A stretch of DNA of 64,000 nucleotides, taken from Nitrospirota bacterium (GTDB lineage: Bacteria; Nitrospirota; Nitrospiria; 2-01-FULL-66-17). The stretch's first letter is position 1. Each line of letters opens with the position of its first letter. The notes under the pieces are model-generated. The model was not told the DNA's origin. It did not search any database and saw nothing but the letters and a program-made list of their open reading frames with translations. The stretch spans positions 11,578 through 75,577 of the forward strand of contig JBMOMD010000043.1 of assembly GCA_049325295.1 (NCBI GenBank). Direction: 5' to 3'. A program made the position numbers and the translations under genes. Of the stretch, positions 9,851 to 18,844 are shown in pieces.

Positions 9851-11944
9851 GTGATGGCGGCGAAACGCGCGTCGGAGACAACGTCGGATCTTGTCTTTGA
9901 GATCGGCACCGAAGAGCTGCCCTGGACCGTGATCCGCGGCACGATCGCGCACTTGGACGGCGCGGCGCGCGCGGCATTCGAGCGGGCTCGACTGTCATCT
10001 CAAGCAGTCCACGTGTATGGCACGCCGCGGCGGTTGGTCCTGATCGCGGAAGGCGTGGCCACGCGGCAGGCCGAGGCGACCACGCAGGTGGTGGGCCCGC
10101 CCGCGAGCGCGGCGTTTGACGCGGACGGCAAGCCCACCAAGGCGGCCGAAGGATTCGCCAAATCGCAGGGCGTGGCGGTCTCGGATCTGACCGTGGTCAC
10201 GACCGAGAAGGGGCGGTACGTGGCGGTGGTGCGGGCGGAAGCGCGACACGCGGCGTCCGCCGTTCTGAAGGACGTGCTGCCGAAGCTGATCGCCGATCTC
10301 TCGTTTCCGCGCGCCATGAAGTGGGAAACCGGCGGCGCGCGGTTCGCCCGGCCGATCCGCTGGATCGTGGCGCTTTTCGGCGGCAAACCCATTGCGATCA
10401 AATACGGAGGGGTCGCGTCGGGTCTCATGACGCGCGGCCACGCGTTGAGCGCGCCCAAGCCGTTTCGCGCGCCCGCGACGTGGGCCGCGTTGTCGCAGAC
10501 GCTGGAGCGCCGGGGCGTGATCGTGGACCACGCGCGGCGGCGCGCGGTGATCGCCGCGCAACTGGCCGCGGTCGCGCGCGAGGCGGGCGGCCGCCTGGTC
10601 GAGGACGACGATTTGTTGGAGCAAGCCGCATTCCTCACCGAATCGCCCTGCGCGATCGCGGGCGCGTTCGACCCCAAGTATCTCGCGCTGCCGCGCGAAG
10701 TGATCGTAACCGTGATGAAGGAACACCAGGGGTATTTTTCGCTGGTGGACCGTAAGGGCGAACCCTTGCCCGGGTTCATCGCGGTGAGCAACGTCAAACC
10801 CGCGGGCCGCGCCGTGGCTTCGATCCGCGCGGGGTACGAACGCGTGATCCGCGCCCGCCTCGACGACGCCAAGTTTTATTTCGACCAGGACCAGAAGGAG
10901 CGTCTGGCCGACCGCGTGGAGCGGCTCAAGGGGGTGGTGTTCCAGGAAAAACTGGGCACGGTTCACGCCAAGGTGGAACGCGTGGTCGCGTTGGCGCGCG
11001 CGTTGGCGCCGCGCTTCGAGGTGGACGCGGGCCAAGCCGAACGCGCGGCATGGTTGTGCAAGGCGGATCTGACCACCGGCATGGTGCGCGAGTTTCCGGA
11101 GTTGCAGGGCATCATGGGGCGCGAGTACGCCAAACGGCAACACGAGCCCCAGGCCGTGGCCGACGCGATCGGCGAGCACTACCGGCCGCGCTTTGCCGGG
11201 GATCGGTTGCCCGCGAATCCCTTGGCTCAACTCGTGGCCGTGGCGGACAAGGTGGACACCATCGTGCGCTGTTTCGGCGCGGGCCTGATTCCCACCGGAT
11301 CGCAGGACCCGTACGCGCTGCGGCGCCAAGCGTTGGGCGTGGCGCAGATTCTGCGCGAGCGGCCGGTGGTCACGCTCTCGGCGTTGATCGCGCACGCGGC
11401 GCAGCCGGGCACGGACCACGGCACGATTCAGGAGTTCTTCTGCCAGCGGATCGAATCGCAGGCCAAGACCGAGGGGTTCCGCGCGGATTTGATCAACGCG
11501 GTGCTGGACGTGCCGTCCGCGGCCGACGCCCCGCACCTGGCGTTCCGCCGGCTGGCCGCGTTCACCGCGTTTTCGCGGCGTCCCGCGTTCGAATCGTTGA
11601 TGACGGTCTGCAAGCGAGTGATGAACATTTTGCCCGAGCAGTGCCCCGCCGCGATCGACCCCGCGCGGTTCACGCACGACGCGGAGCGCCGCCTGCACGC
11701 GGAGACGCAACGGGCCGCGGCCGCGATTCACGCGCACGAAGCCGAAGGTCGGGATGAGGCCGTGTTGGAGACGTTCGAGTCGCTCAAGCCCGCGATCGAC
11801 GGGTTCTTCACCGACGTGATGGTGATGGCCGAGGATCACGCGGTGCGCGACACGCGGCTGGCATTGCTCAAGGCGGTGAACGATTTGCTGGCGCGGTTCG
11901 CGGATTTCCGCGCGGTGGCGACGACGGAAGCGCAGGCACGCTGA
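9851..11944 (+). CDS. glyS: Glycine--tRNA ligase beta subunit
   Basis: GlyS N-terminus (VFEIGTEELP). Directly follows glyQ. ~697 aa. Confidence 0.9.
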   Translation: MMAAKRASETTSDLVFEIGTEELPWTVIRGTIAHLDGAARAAFERARLSSQAVHVYGTPRRLVLIAEGVATRQAEATTQVVGPPASAAFDADGKPTKAAEGFAKSQGVAVSDLTVVTTEKGRYVAVVRAEARHAASAVLKDVLPKLIADLSFPRAMKWETGGARFARPIRWIVALFGGKPIAIKYGGVASGLMTRGHALSAPKPFRAPATWAALSQTLERRGVIVDHARRRAVIAAQLAAVAREAGGRLVEDDDLLEQAAFLTESPCAIAGAFDPKYLALPREVIVTVMKEHQGYFSLVDRKGEPLPGFIAVSNVKPAGRAVASIRAGYERVIRARLDDAKFYFDQDQKERLADRVERLKGVVFQEKLGTVHAKVERVVALARALAPRFEVDAGQAERAAWLCKADLTTGMVREFPELQGIMGREYAKRQHEPQAVADAIGEHYRPRFAGDRLPANPLAQLVAVADKVDTIVRCFGAGLIPTGSQDPYALRRQALGVAQILRERPVVTLSALIAHAAQPGTDHGTIQEFFCQRIESQAKTEGFRADLINAVLDVPSAADAPHLAFRRLAAFTAFSRRPAFESLMTVCKRVMNILPEQCPAAIDPARFTHDAERRLHAETQRAAAAIHAHEAEGRDEAVLETFESLKPAIDGFFTDVMVMAEDHAVRDTRLALLKAVNDLLARFADFRAVATTEAQAR

Positions 11945-12026
11945 GAATTAGGTCAAAGGCTCTCGCAGCCTCGGCGCTGGAACCCGCGCCTATGTTGCGC
12001 TAAGCAAGCTCGGAAGGGAGAATCTG

Positions 12027-14696
12027 ATGGCTCGATCAGCGACGCACAAGTGGGTGTATTACTTCGGGGACGGACGCGCCGAGGGCAAGGCCGGCATGAA
12101 GGACCTGCTCGGGGGCAAAGGCGCCGGCCTCGCGGAGATGACCAACCTCAAGATCCCGGTGCCGCCCGGGTTCACCATCACCACCGAGGCGTGCGTCGAG
12201 TACTTCCGGCTCAAAAAATCGTATCCCAAAGGGATGTGGGACCAGACGCTCGCGGGGCTGAAGAAGGTCGAGCGGTCCATGAAGATGGGGTTCGGCGATC
12301 CCGAGCGGCCGTTGCTCGTCTCGGTCCGGTCCGGGGCCAAGGCGTCGATGCCCGGCATGATGGACACGGTGTTGAACCTCGGTCTGAACGAGCGCACGTT
12401 GCACGGCTTGATCAAAAAGACCGGCAACCCGCGCTTCGGCTACGACGCGTACCGTCGCTTCATTACCATGTTCGGCTCCATCGTGCTGGGCGTGAAGCGC
12501 GAGAAGTTCGAGCGTCTGTTGGAAGACGCCAAGGCCGAGCGCGGGGTGCATCATGACACCGAGCTGGACGAACACGCCTTGCGCCAGGTGGTCCGCGATT
12601 TCCAAAACTTGGTCAAGGCCGAGACCGGCCGGCCGTTTCCGGAAGATCCCATGGAGCAACTCACGCTCGCGATCAAAGCCGTGTTTGATTCGTGGTACGG
12701 CGCGCGCGCGGTCACCTATCGCAAGTTGAACAACATCCCGGAGTCGTGGGGCACGGCCGTGAACGTGGTGGCCATGGTGTTCGGGAACATGGGCGAGACC
12801 AGCGGCACGGGCGTGGCGTTCACGCGCGACCCCTCCACCGGCGAGCGGCGCTTCTTCGGGGAGTGTCTGCTCAACGCGCAGGGCGAAGACGTGGTCGCGG
12901 GCATCCGCACCCCGCTGCCGGTGGAGTCGCTCAAGGACACGATTCCCGCGGCGTATCGCGAGTTGCAGCGCGTGTACAAGTCGCTGGAGAAACACTACCA
13001 CGACATGCTCGACCTGGAGTTCACGATCCAGGAGGGCACGTTGTACATGCTCCAAACCCGCGTGGGCAAACGCACCGCCGCGGCCGCGATCCGCATCGCC
13101 ACCGAGATGGCCAAGGAAAAGCTCATTGACCGCGACACCGCGATCCTGCGCGTGGACCCGGAGCAACTCGACCAGCTCCTGCACCCCACCATCGACCCCT
13201 CTGCCAAGTTGCAGGTCGTGGCCAAGGGCTTACCCGCGTCACCTGGCGCGGCGGGCGGGAAAGTGGTGTTCACGGCCGAAGACGCGGAGCGGTCCGCGGC
13301 CAAGGGCGAAAAAGTGATCTTGGTGCGCGCGGAAACCTCGCCCGAGGACATCGGCGGCATGAACGCGGCCGAGGGCATTCTCACCGCGCGGGGCGGCATG
13401 ACTTCGCACGCCGCGGTGGTGGCGCGCGGCATGGGCAAGTGCTGCGTGGCCGGGTGCAGCGCGGTGAACATCGACGAACACAGCGACTCGTTCTCGGTCA
13501 ACGGCTACGTGGTGCGCCGCGGCGACTGGATCACGCTCAACGGCTCGACCGGCGAAGTCATCCTGGGCGAAGCCCCGCTGATCCGGCCCAAGCTGAGTAA
13601 GGACTTCGAGATCCTCATGGGCTGGGTGGACCAGACCCGGCGCCTGCGCGTGCGCGCCAACGCGGACACGCCCCACGACGCCCGGGTGGCGCGGGGATTC
13701 GGCGCCGAGGGCATCGGCCTGTGCCGGACCGAACACATGTTCTTCGAGGGCGACCGCATCCGCGCGGTGCGCGAAATGATCCTGGCCGACGATCTGGCCG
13801 GGCGGCAACGCGCGCTCGCCAAGTTGCTGCCCATGCAAAAGAGCGACTTTCTCGGCATCTTCAAGGAAATGGCCGGCCTGCCGGTCACCATCCGCCTGCT
13901 CGACCCGCCGCTGCACGAGTTCCTGCCCCAGACCGAGGCGGAACTCGCCTCGCTGGCCACGGACATGCACGTGTCGGTCGATGATCTGCGCGCCAAGAAC
14001 AAGAGCCTGCACGAATTCAACCCTATGCTGGGATGGCGGGGGTGCCGGTTGGGCATCACCTTCCCCGAGATTTACGAAATGCAGGTGCGCGCGATCTTCG
14101 AAGCCGCCTGCGAATTGGCCGGCCAGAAAGTTAAAGTGATTCCCGAAGTTATGATCCCCTTGGTCGCGCACGTGAAGGAATTGGCGCGCATGAAGGAATT
14201 GCTCATTCGCGTGGCCGAGGAAACCATGTCCCGCTACGGCAAGAAAGTGGCCTACACCATCGGCACCATGATCGAACTGCCGCGCGCCGCGCTCGTGGCG
14301 GACGAAATCGCCAAGGAAGCCGAGTTCTTCTCCTTCGGCACCAACGACCTCACCCAAACCACCTTCGGCCTCTCCCGCGACGACGCGGGCAAGTTCCTCC
14401 CGTTCTACGTCGAACAAGGCATCCTGCCCCGCGACCCCTTCGTGGCCATCGACCAGGACGGCGTGGGCGCCCTCATGCGCATGGGCGCAGAAAAAGGCCG
14501 CTCCGTGCGTCCCAAGTTGAAAGTCGGCATCTGCGGCGAACACGGCGGGGAGCCATCCTCCGTGGAGTTCTGCCACCGCATCGGCTTCGACTACGTGAGC
14601 TGCTCACCGTACCGCGTGCCGATCGCAAGACTTGCCGCAGCACAGGCGGCGCTGAAAGACAGCAAGAAGAAACGGGCGGTGTCGGATACGCGATAG
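12027..14696 (+). CDS. ppdK: Pyruvate, phosphate dikinase
   Basis: PEP-utilizing enzyme motifs ([22 protein letters not shown]). 889 aa. RBS GGAAGGGAG. Confidence 0.92.
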   Translation: MARSATHKWVYYFGDGRAEGKAGMKDLLGGKGAGLAEMTNLKIPVPPGFTITTEACVEYFRLKKSYPKGMWDQTLAGLKKVERSMKMGFGDPERPLLVSVRSGAKASMPGMMDTVLNLGLNERTLHGLIKKTGNPRFGYDAYRRFITMFGSIVLGVKREKFERLLEDAKAERGVHHDTELDEHALRQVVRDFQNLVKAETGRPFPEDPMEQLTLAIKAVFDSWYGARAVTYRKLNNIPESWGTAVNVVAMVFGNMGETSGTGVAFTRDPSTGERRFFGECLLNAQGEDVVAGIRTPLPVESLKDTIPAAYRELQRVYKSLEKHYHDMLDLEFTIQEGTLYMLQTRVGKRTAAAAIRIATEMAKEKLIDRDTAILRVDPEQLDQLLHPTIDPSAKLQVVAKGLPASPGAAGGKVVFTAEDAERSAAKGEKVILVRAETSPEDIGGMNAAEGILTARGGMTSHAAVVARGMGKCCVAGCSAVNIDEHSDSFSVNGYVVRRGDWITLNGSTGEVILGEAPLIRPKLSKDFEILMGWVDQTRRLRVRANADTPHDARVARGFGAEGIGLCRTEHMFFEGDRIRAVREMILADDLAGRQRALAKLLPMQKSDFLGIFKEMAGLPVTIRLLDPPLHEFLPQTEAELASLATDMHVSVDDLRAKNKSLHEFNPMLGWRGCRLGITFPEIYEMQVRAIFEAACELAGQKVKVIPEVMIPLVAHVKELARMKELLIRVAEETMSRYGKKVAYTIGTMIELPRAALVADEIAKEAEFFSFGTNDLTQTTFGLSRDDAGKFLPFYVEQGILPRDPFVAIDQDGVGALMRMGAEKGRSVRPKLKVGICGEHGGEPSSVEFCHRIGFDYVSCSPYRVPIARLAAAQAALKDSKKKRAVSDTR

Positions 14697-14697
14697 A

Positions 14698-14716
14698 CCC
14701 CGCGCGCTGCGCGGGG
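14698..14716 (+). terminator. GC hairpin CCCCGCGC-gct-GCGCGGGG directly after the ppdK stop (no U tract)
   Basis: Perfect 8-bp stem with a 3-nt loop, starting 2 nt after the TAG. Confidence 0.4.
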
Positions 14717-14742
14717 AAGACTTCTCATCCGGAGTGGGTGGA

Positions 14743-16080
14743 ATGCTGTCACGGCAGCAGAGTCCACAATCCTCGGGCACGACCTCCTCGCCAAAGCGCG
14801 GCGAGACTCCGAAGTCTCCTGCCTCCACGATCGAGATCAGCCAAGGGCAATCCGGGCGGCTCATCGTGCGCGTGCCGTACACCGCGGAGCGCGTGGCCAA
14901 GATCAAATCTATCACCGGCCGCCAGTGGCATCCGCAGGAAAAGTACTGGTCGGTGCCGCAGTCACCCCAAGCCGTCAACCGTCTGGTGGCTCTCTTTGGC
15001 GGAGAGCGTGTTTCGCTCCTCCCGCCGCTCGACGCGCCACCAATCCAGGATGCCCAGGGGCCGCCCGCGCCACCGGCCTCTCGTCAATCGACGGGAACGA
15101 CCGCCGGGCTTCTCGACGATGTGCGTCGTACGATCCGCAGCCGGCACTACAGCCGACGGACCGAAGAAGCCTATCTGGGCTGGATTCGGCGGTTCCTGCG
15201 GTTTCATGACCAACGTGATCCCGCACAGATGGCTGCCCCGGAGGTATCGCGCTTTCTCAGCACGCTGGCAATCGAGCGCGACGTGTCCGCCTCCACGCAA
15301 AACCAGGCCTTGGCCGCCATCCTCTTCCTGTACAAGGACGTGCTCGACCGCGACCCCGGATGGGTGGAAGGCGTGGTGCGCGCCAAGCGTCCGCAGCGCC
15401 TTCCGGTCGTGCTCTCCAGGCAGGAGGTCCAAGGCCTCTTGTCGGCGCTGCAAGGCGTGCCGTGGATCGCGGGGACCCTGCTCTACGGCGCGGGACTTCG
15501 TCTCATGGAGTGTCTGCGCCTGCGCGTCAAGGACGTGGACTTTGCCCGAGGAGAGATCGTGGTGCGCGAAGGGAAGGGCGGCAAGGACCGGGTCACCATG
15601 CTGCCGTCGGCCGCGGCGCCCAAACTCCGCGCACACCTGGACCGGGTCCGCAAACAGCACACGGCTGACCTGGCCGCAGGCTTCGGCCGGGTCTGGCTGC
15701 CAAACGCCCTAGCCCGCAAGTACCCCAACGCGGACCGCGAGTGGGGGTGGCAGTGGATCTTTCCGGCATCGACCATCTCAGTGGACCCACATAGCGGGGA
15801 GCGACGACGGCACCACCTGCACGAGTCCGTTCCGCAGCGTGCCATCCGCGAGGCCCGGCTCCGTGCTGGGATCACGAGACCCGTCGGTCCTCACACGTTG
15901 CGGCACTGCTTCGCCACGCATCTCCTGGAGTCCGGCCACGACATCCGCACCGTCCAGGAACTTCTCGGCCACAGCGACGTAAGAACCACCATGATCTACA
16001 CCCACGTCCTCAACCGCGGCGGCCTCGGCGTCCAAAGCCCGGCCGACCGGATTCTTGGAGGAGGCAGCGATGAGCGTTAG
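14743..16080 (+). CDS. intI: Integron integrase IntI (tyrosine recombinase with the IntI-specific additional domain) carrying a ~120 aa N-terminal extension
   Basis: [42 protein letters not shown]... matches the IntI-specific insertion. The C-terminal [39 protein letters not shown] is near-identical in pattern to IntI1, as recalled from memory. ATG at 14743 after RBS GGAGTGGGTGGA. Confidence 0.85.
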   Translation: MLSRQQSPQSSGTTSSPKRGETPKSPASTIEISQGQSGRLIVRVPYTAERVAKIKSITGRQWHPQEKYWSVPQSPQAVNRLVALFGGERVSLLPPLDAPPIQDAQGPPAPPASRQSTGTTAGLLDDVRRTIRSRHYSRRTEEAYLGWIRRFLRFHDQRDPAQMAAPEVSRFLSTLAIERDVSASTQNQALAAILFLYKDVLDRDPGWVEGVVRAKRPQRLPVVLSRQEVQGLLSALQGVPWIAGTLLYGAGLRLMECLRLRVKDVDFARGEIVVREGKGGKDRVTMLPSAAAPKLRAHLDRVRKQHTADLAAGFGRVWLPNALARKYPNADREWGWQWIFPASTISVDPHSGERRRHHLHESVPQRAIREARLRAGITRPVGPHTLRHCFATHLLESGHDIRTVQELLGHSDVRTTMIYTHVLNRGGLGVQSPADRILGGGSDER

Positions 16081-16250
16081 GACGCAGAATTTGTCGTATA
16101 ACATCACTTAACCATCGCTTAATGGAAATCGAGAAAACTGTTGGATTGTTTAATTAATCTGTGGAATAATTCACCATCGTCCTGATCTTGTTAGGACGCA
16201 GTTCTTGCCGTAGTTGCTGAATTCATTAGGACGTCTAATTTTAGTTGGGC
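16076..16250 (+). other. attI-like region. Direct repeats GTTAGGACGCAG (16076-16087, 16190-16201), ATTAGGACGTCT (16225-16236), and core GTTGGGC (16244-16250) at the cassette junction. AT-rich, with a candidate Pc promoter TTGGAT-N17-GAATAAT (16141-16170).
   Basis: GTTRRRY-type integrase-binding half-sites are repeated downstream of the intI stop. Crossover G|TT lies at 16244/16245, where the cassette-1 ORF region begins. Confidence 0.5.
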
Positions 16251-16256
16251 GCCAAT

Positions 16257-17258
16257 ATGACTGAGCGCATCGCTATTGCCGGTGTCTCCGAGCGAGACGT
16301 AGATCTTCTATTGTTGGAGGAGTTTCAGTCTTCCAGCGACTTTCAAGGCTGGTTTGTACGAGAAGCGTTCGGCCCCGACGTTGACTTTGGGCAGTGCACT
16401 GGAGCAAGACGATCAATCACGAACTCTACGGGCGAATCGGATCTCGAGATCTTCTTTGCGAACTCCAAAGGTGAGAAGACCCGGCTCTTGATAGAGAACA
16501 AGGTAAACGCCGGTTTTCAACCACTTCAGGCTGAGCGGTACAAGGAGCGAGGGCTGGGCTACGTTTCTACAGCCCAATGCAACTCCTTTCGAACGGTACT
16601 CATAGCTCCAGCTCGCTACTTCGGTGAATCGGCTTCCCGCAAGGGTTTCGATGGGCGCGTTTCGTATGAGCAGATTCTTCGTTGGTTCGGAGAAGCGGTG
16701 CAACTCGGCGAGAGGCGTCAATACAAAGTCGCATTACTAAGGTCGGCCATTGACAAGGGCACGCTCGGGTACCAACCAGAAGAAGACAAGCCGACAACAG
16801 CGTTTTGGAAGGCGTACTGGCGCTTCGCGCTCGATCGGGCTCCCGAGCTTGAAATGCCGGAGCCCAGTGCAAAACCATCCCGCTCCAGCTTTGTCCATTT
16901 CAGGCCCCGTACTCTGCCGCGCTCGGTAGACATCGTCCACAAGTTCGCATTCGGTCACGTTGATCTGCATTTGCGCGGCATGGGCAAACGTCTTAACGAG
17001 GTGCGCGTTGCCGTGCGACCTTATCTGGCTCCTGCCATGACTGTCGCGGCGGCAGCGAAATCAGCGGCGATACGTATCGAAGTCCCGAAACTACGCGTCA
17101 CGGCGCCATTTGAGGCGCAAACACCAGAGGCAGAACTTGCCCTCGATGCAGCAAAGCGGTTGCACGTATGGTTTATCGACAGCAACGATTTCGCTACGTG
17201 GTTGGTTGGCGCCCAACAATCGGTTGCAGGCGACGCGCCGCGAGCGGCACGTGCCTGA
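16257..17258 (+). CDS. Cassette-encoded PD-(D/E)xK nuclease-superfamily protein of unknown function
   Basis: ~52% GC against a ~67% background. Motif GESDLEIFF...LLIENK (D...ExK) with upstream E/D residues. No RBS, which is common for cassettes. Bounded by GTTGGGC cores. Confidence 0.6.
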   Translation: MTERIAIAGVSERDVDLLLLEEFQSSSDFQGWFVREAFGPDVDFGQCTGARRSITNSTGESDLEIFFANSKGEKTRLLIENKVNAGFQPLQAERYKERGLGYVSTAQCNSFRTVLIAPARYFGESASRKGFDGRVSYEQILRWFGEAVQLGERRQYKVALLRSAIDKGTLGYQPEEDKPTTAFWKAYWRFALDRAPELEMPEPSAKPSRSSFVHFRPRTLPRSVDIVHKFAFGHVDLHLRGMGKRLNEVRVAVRPYLAPAMTVAAAAKSAAIRIEVPKLRVTAPFEAQTPEAELALDAAKRLHVWFIDSNDFATWLVGAQQSVAGDAPRAARA

Positions 17259-17273
17259 ACCGAAGCGTTGGGC
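17211..17273 (+). other. attC recombination site of cassette 1 (63 bp)
   Basis: GCCCAACAATCGGTTGCAGGCGACGCGCCGCGAGCGGCACGTGCCTGAACCGAAGCGTTGGGC. R''=GCCCAAC and R'=GTTGGGC, with imperfectly complementary L arms and bulged bases. Strongly resembles aadA-type attC, recalled from memory. Confidence 0.65.
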
Positions 17274-17290
17274 GCCATAACAGAAGAACC

Positions 17291-17644
17291 ATGAACGTTC
17301 GCATTGCGACAACCGATTCCGAGATTGCCATCTGCTATCCAGTAATGCGGGAGCTTCGTCCGCACATCGCGGAAGAGCGATTTCTCTCCCGGATCCGGAG
17401 TCAAGAAGGTGCAGGCTATCGGCTCGCCTATGTGCAAGAACCAAATGGCGTAGTTGCGGTTGCTGGATTCCGAGTCGGTGAGAATCTGGCTTGGGGGCGT
17501 TTTCTGTACGTCGATGATCTTGTAACCCTTCCCGCACACCGATCAAAGGGCTATGGTGCCAAGTTGCTTTCGTGGCTCAAAGAACAAGCCGCAAAGGAAG
17601 GTTGTGAGTGCTTGGTCCGGGGTCGGACCCGCGCAATGTGTTGA
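17291..17644 (+). pseudogene. GNAT family N-acetyltransferase, 3'-truncated by insertion of the RAYT/IS element
   Basis: GNAT motif A (HRSKGYGAKLL) is present. The protein ends 9 aa after GCECL, with the beta5-beta7 region missing. The sequence diverges exactly where the element's inverted repeat begins (17614). ~53% GC. Confidence 0.55.
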
Positions 17645-18551
17645 AAAGTCATCCGCCTTTGGGCACAATGAGGCCGCTGGAGGTCTTGGATCGCACGTTG
17701 TAGAGCCAAAACTACGCTGCAGGGAGGAAGCGTCATGCCGCGCGCCCATCGCTATTTTCTTCCCCATCACATCTGGCACATCACGCACCGGTGTCATCAA
17801 CGGGCGTTTCTCCTGAAGTTCGCGCGTGACCGCCGGCGCTGGCGGCAGTGGCTGTTTGAGGCCACGAAGCGGTTTCGGCTGTGTGTGCTCAATTACGTCG
17901 TCACGTCCAACCATATTCATCTCTTGGTCCGGGATCAGGGGCGAGGCGAGATCGCGCGCGCGATGCAGCTCATCGCGGGACGCACGGCCCAGGAATACAA
18001 TCAACGCAAAGGGCGACAGGGAGCGTTCTGGGAGGATCGGTATCATGCCACGGCGGTCGACACGGAGAGCTACCTGGCCCGCTGTCTGGTCTACATTGAT
18101 CTGAACATGGTGCGGGCGGGCGCCGTGGCGCACCCGCGTGACTGGGACGCGGGCGGCTATCACGAGCTGCATGCGCCACCCACGCGGTACGCGATCATCG
18201 ATCAGCCGGCGCTCACCGAGTTGCTCGGCCTGAAGAGTCTCCAGCAACTACAGGAGACTCACGCGCTGTGGATCGAGGAGGCGATCCGGGCGGGAGGTGG
18301 ACCACGCGATCCGATGTGGACCGAGAGCGTGGCGGTCGGCCGCGCCGAGTTCGTGCGAGATGTCCAGGTCGAGCTGGGGAGCAAGGCGCGATATCGGGAG
18401 GTCGTGGCCGAAGGACAGGCGCACGTGCTGCGCGAACCGCCGACCCTCTACGGGGCATTTTGACGGGCAAAAGGCCGCGCGAAGGGCTCAACCGTCCGCC
18501 GTGGCGGACCAAAACCTCGAGACATCAATCGATTGCGCTGGTCCGACCCCG
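17614..18551 (+). mobile_element. RAYT / IS200-IS605-like element bounded by 12-bp inverted repeats CGGGGTCGGACC (17618-17629) and GGTCCGACCCCG (18540-18551)
   Basis: Left end GGTCCGGGGTCGGACC is itself a hairpin. A second GTCCGCC-gt-GGCGGAC hairpin sits at 18494-18509. Inserted inside cassette 2. Confidence 0.5.
17735..18463 (+). CDS. Y1 HUH transposase, REP-associated tyrosine transposase (RAYT / IS200-like TnpA), 242 aa
   Basis: HUH motif SNHIHLLV and the catalytic-Y helix VYIDLNMVRAGAV (YIxxNPVRAGLV-like). N-terminus HIWHITHRCHQRAFLL matches the Transposase_17 family. Confidence 0.75.
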   Translation: MPRAHRYFLPHHIWHITHRCHQRAFLLKFARDRRRWRQWLFEATKRFRLCVLNYVVTSNHIHLLVRDQGRGEIARAMQLIAGRTAQEYNQRKGRQGAFWEDRYHATAVDTESYLARCLVYIDLNMVRAGAVAHPRDWDAGGYHELHAPPTRYAIIDQPALTELLGLKSLQQLQETHALWIEEAIRAGGGPRDPMWTESVAVGRAEFVRDVQVELGSKARYREVVAEGQAHVLREPPTLYGAF

Positions 18552-18844
18552 AGCGACACCCCGAGCGACTCCCCCGCTGGCGCAGACCGCCTGGCTGCCC
18601 GTGCTCCGGGCCCTGGGGGCGCGCGCGTGGTTCGGCGAGCAGCTCTACGTCGCGGGCGCGGGCCAGGTGTTCGACGCGCACGGCCGGCTCGTCGATGAGA
18701 GAATCAGAACACTCCTGACCGAGTTCATGGCGGGCTTTACCGCATTCGTGAACGTCAAATGAGTCCTGAGCGACTCGATCGACGGACGTGCCGCGGTGGG
18801 GAAACGGCGCGCGAGGGACCATCACGTTAACCGGGAGGTGAGCC

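Larger units (their letters stand above)
14743..17273 (+). mobile_element. Integron platform: intI, attI-like region, cassette 1 and its attC. The cassette array may continue downstream.
   Basis: Integron-type integrase plus a canonical attC (RYYYAAC...GTTRRRY) bounding a low-GC cassette. Confidence 0.7.

Noticed and set aside
11945-12026. Sigma-54 promoter (TGGAAC...TTGCG) upstream of ppdK
   Set aside because: The GG/GC spacing is 6 nt too long relative to the TGGCAC-N5-TTGC consensus.
18268-18762. 164-aa ORF overlapping the 3' end of the RAYT gene and the following spacer
   Set aside because: It is in an alternate frame over the transposase C-terminus, Arg/Pro-rich, with no family match. 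It crosses the element's right inverted repeat.
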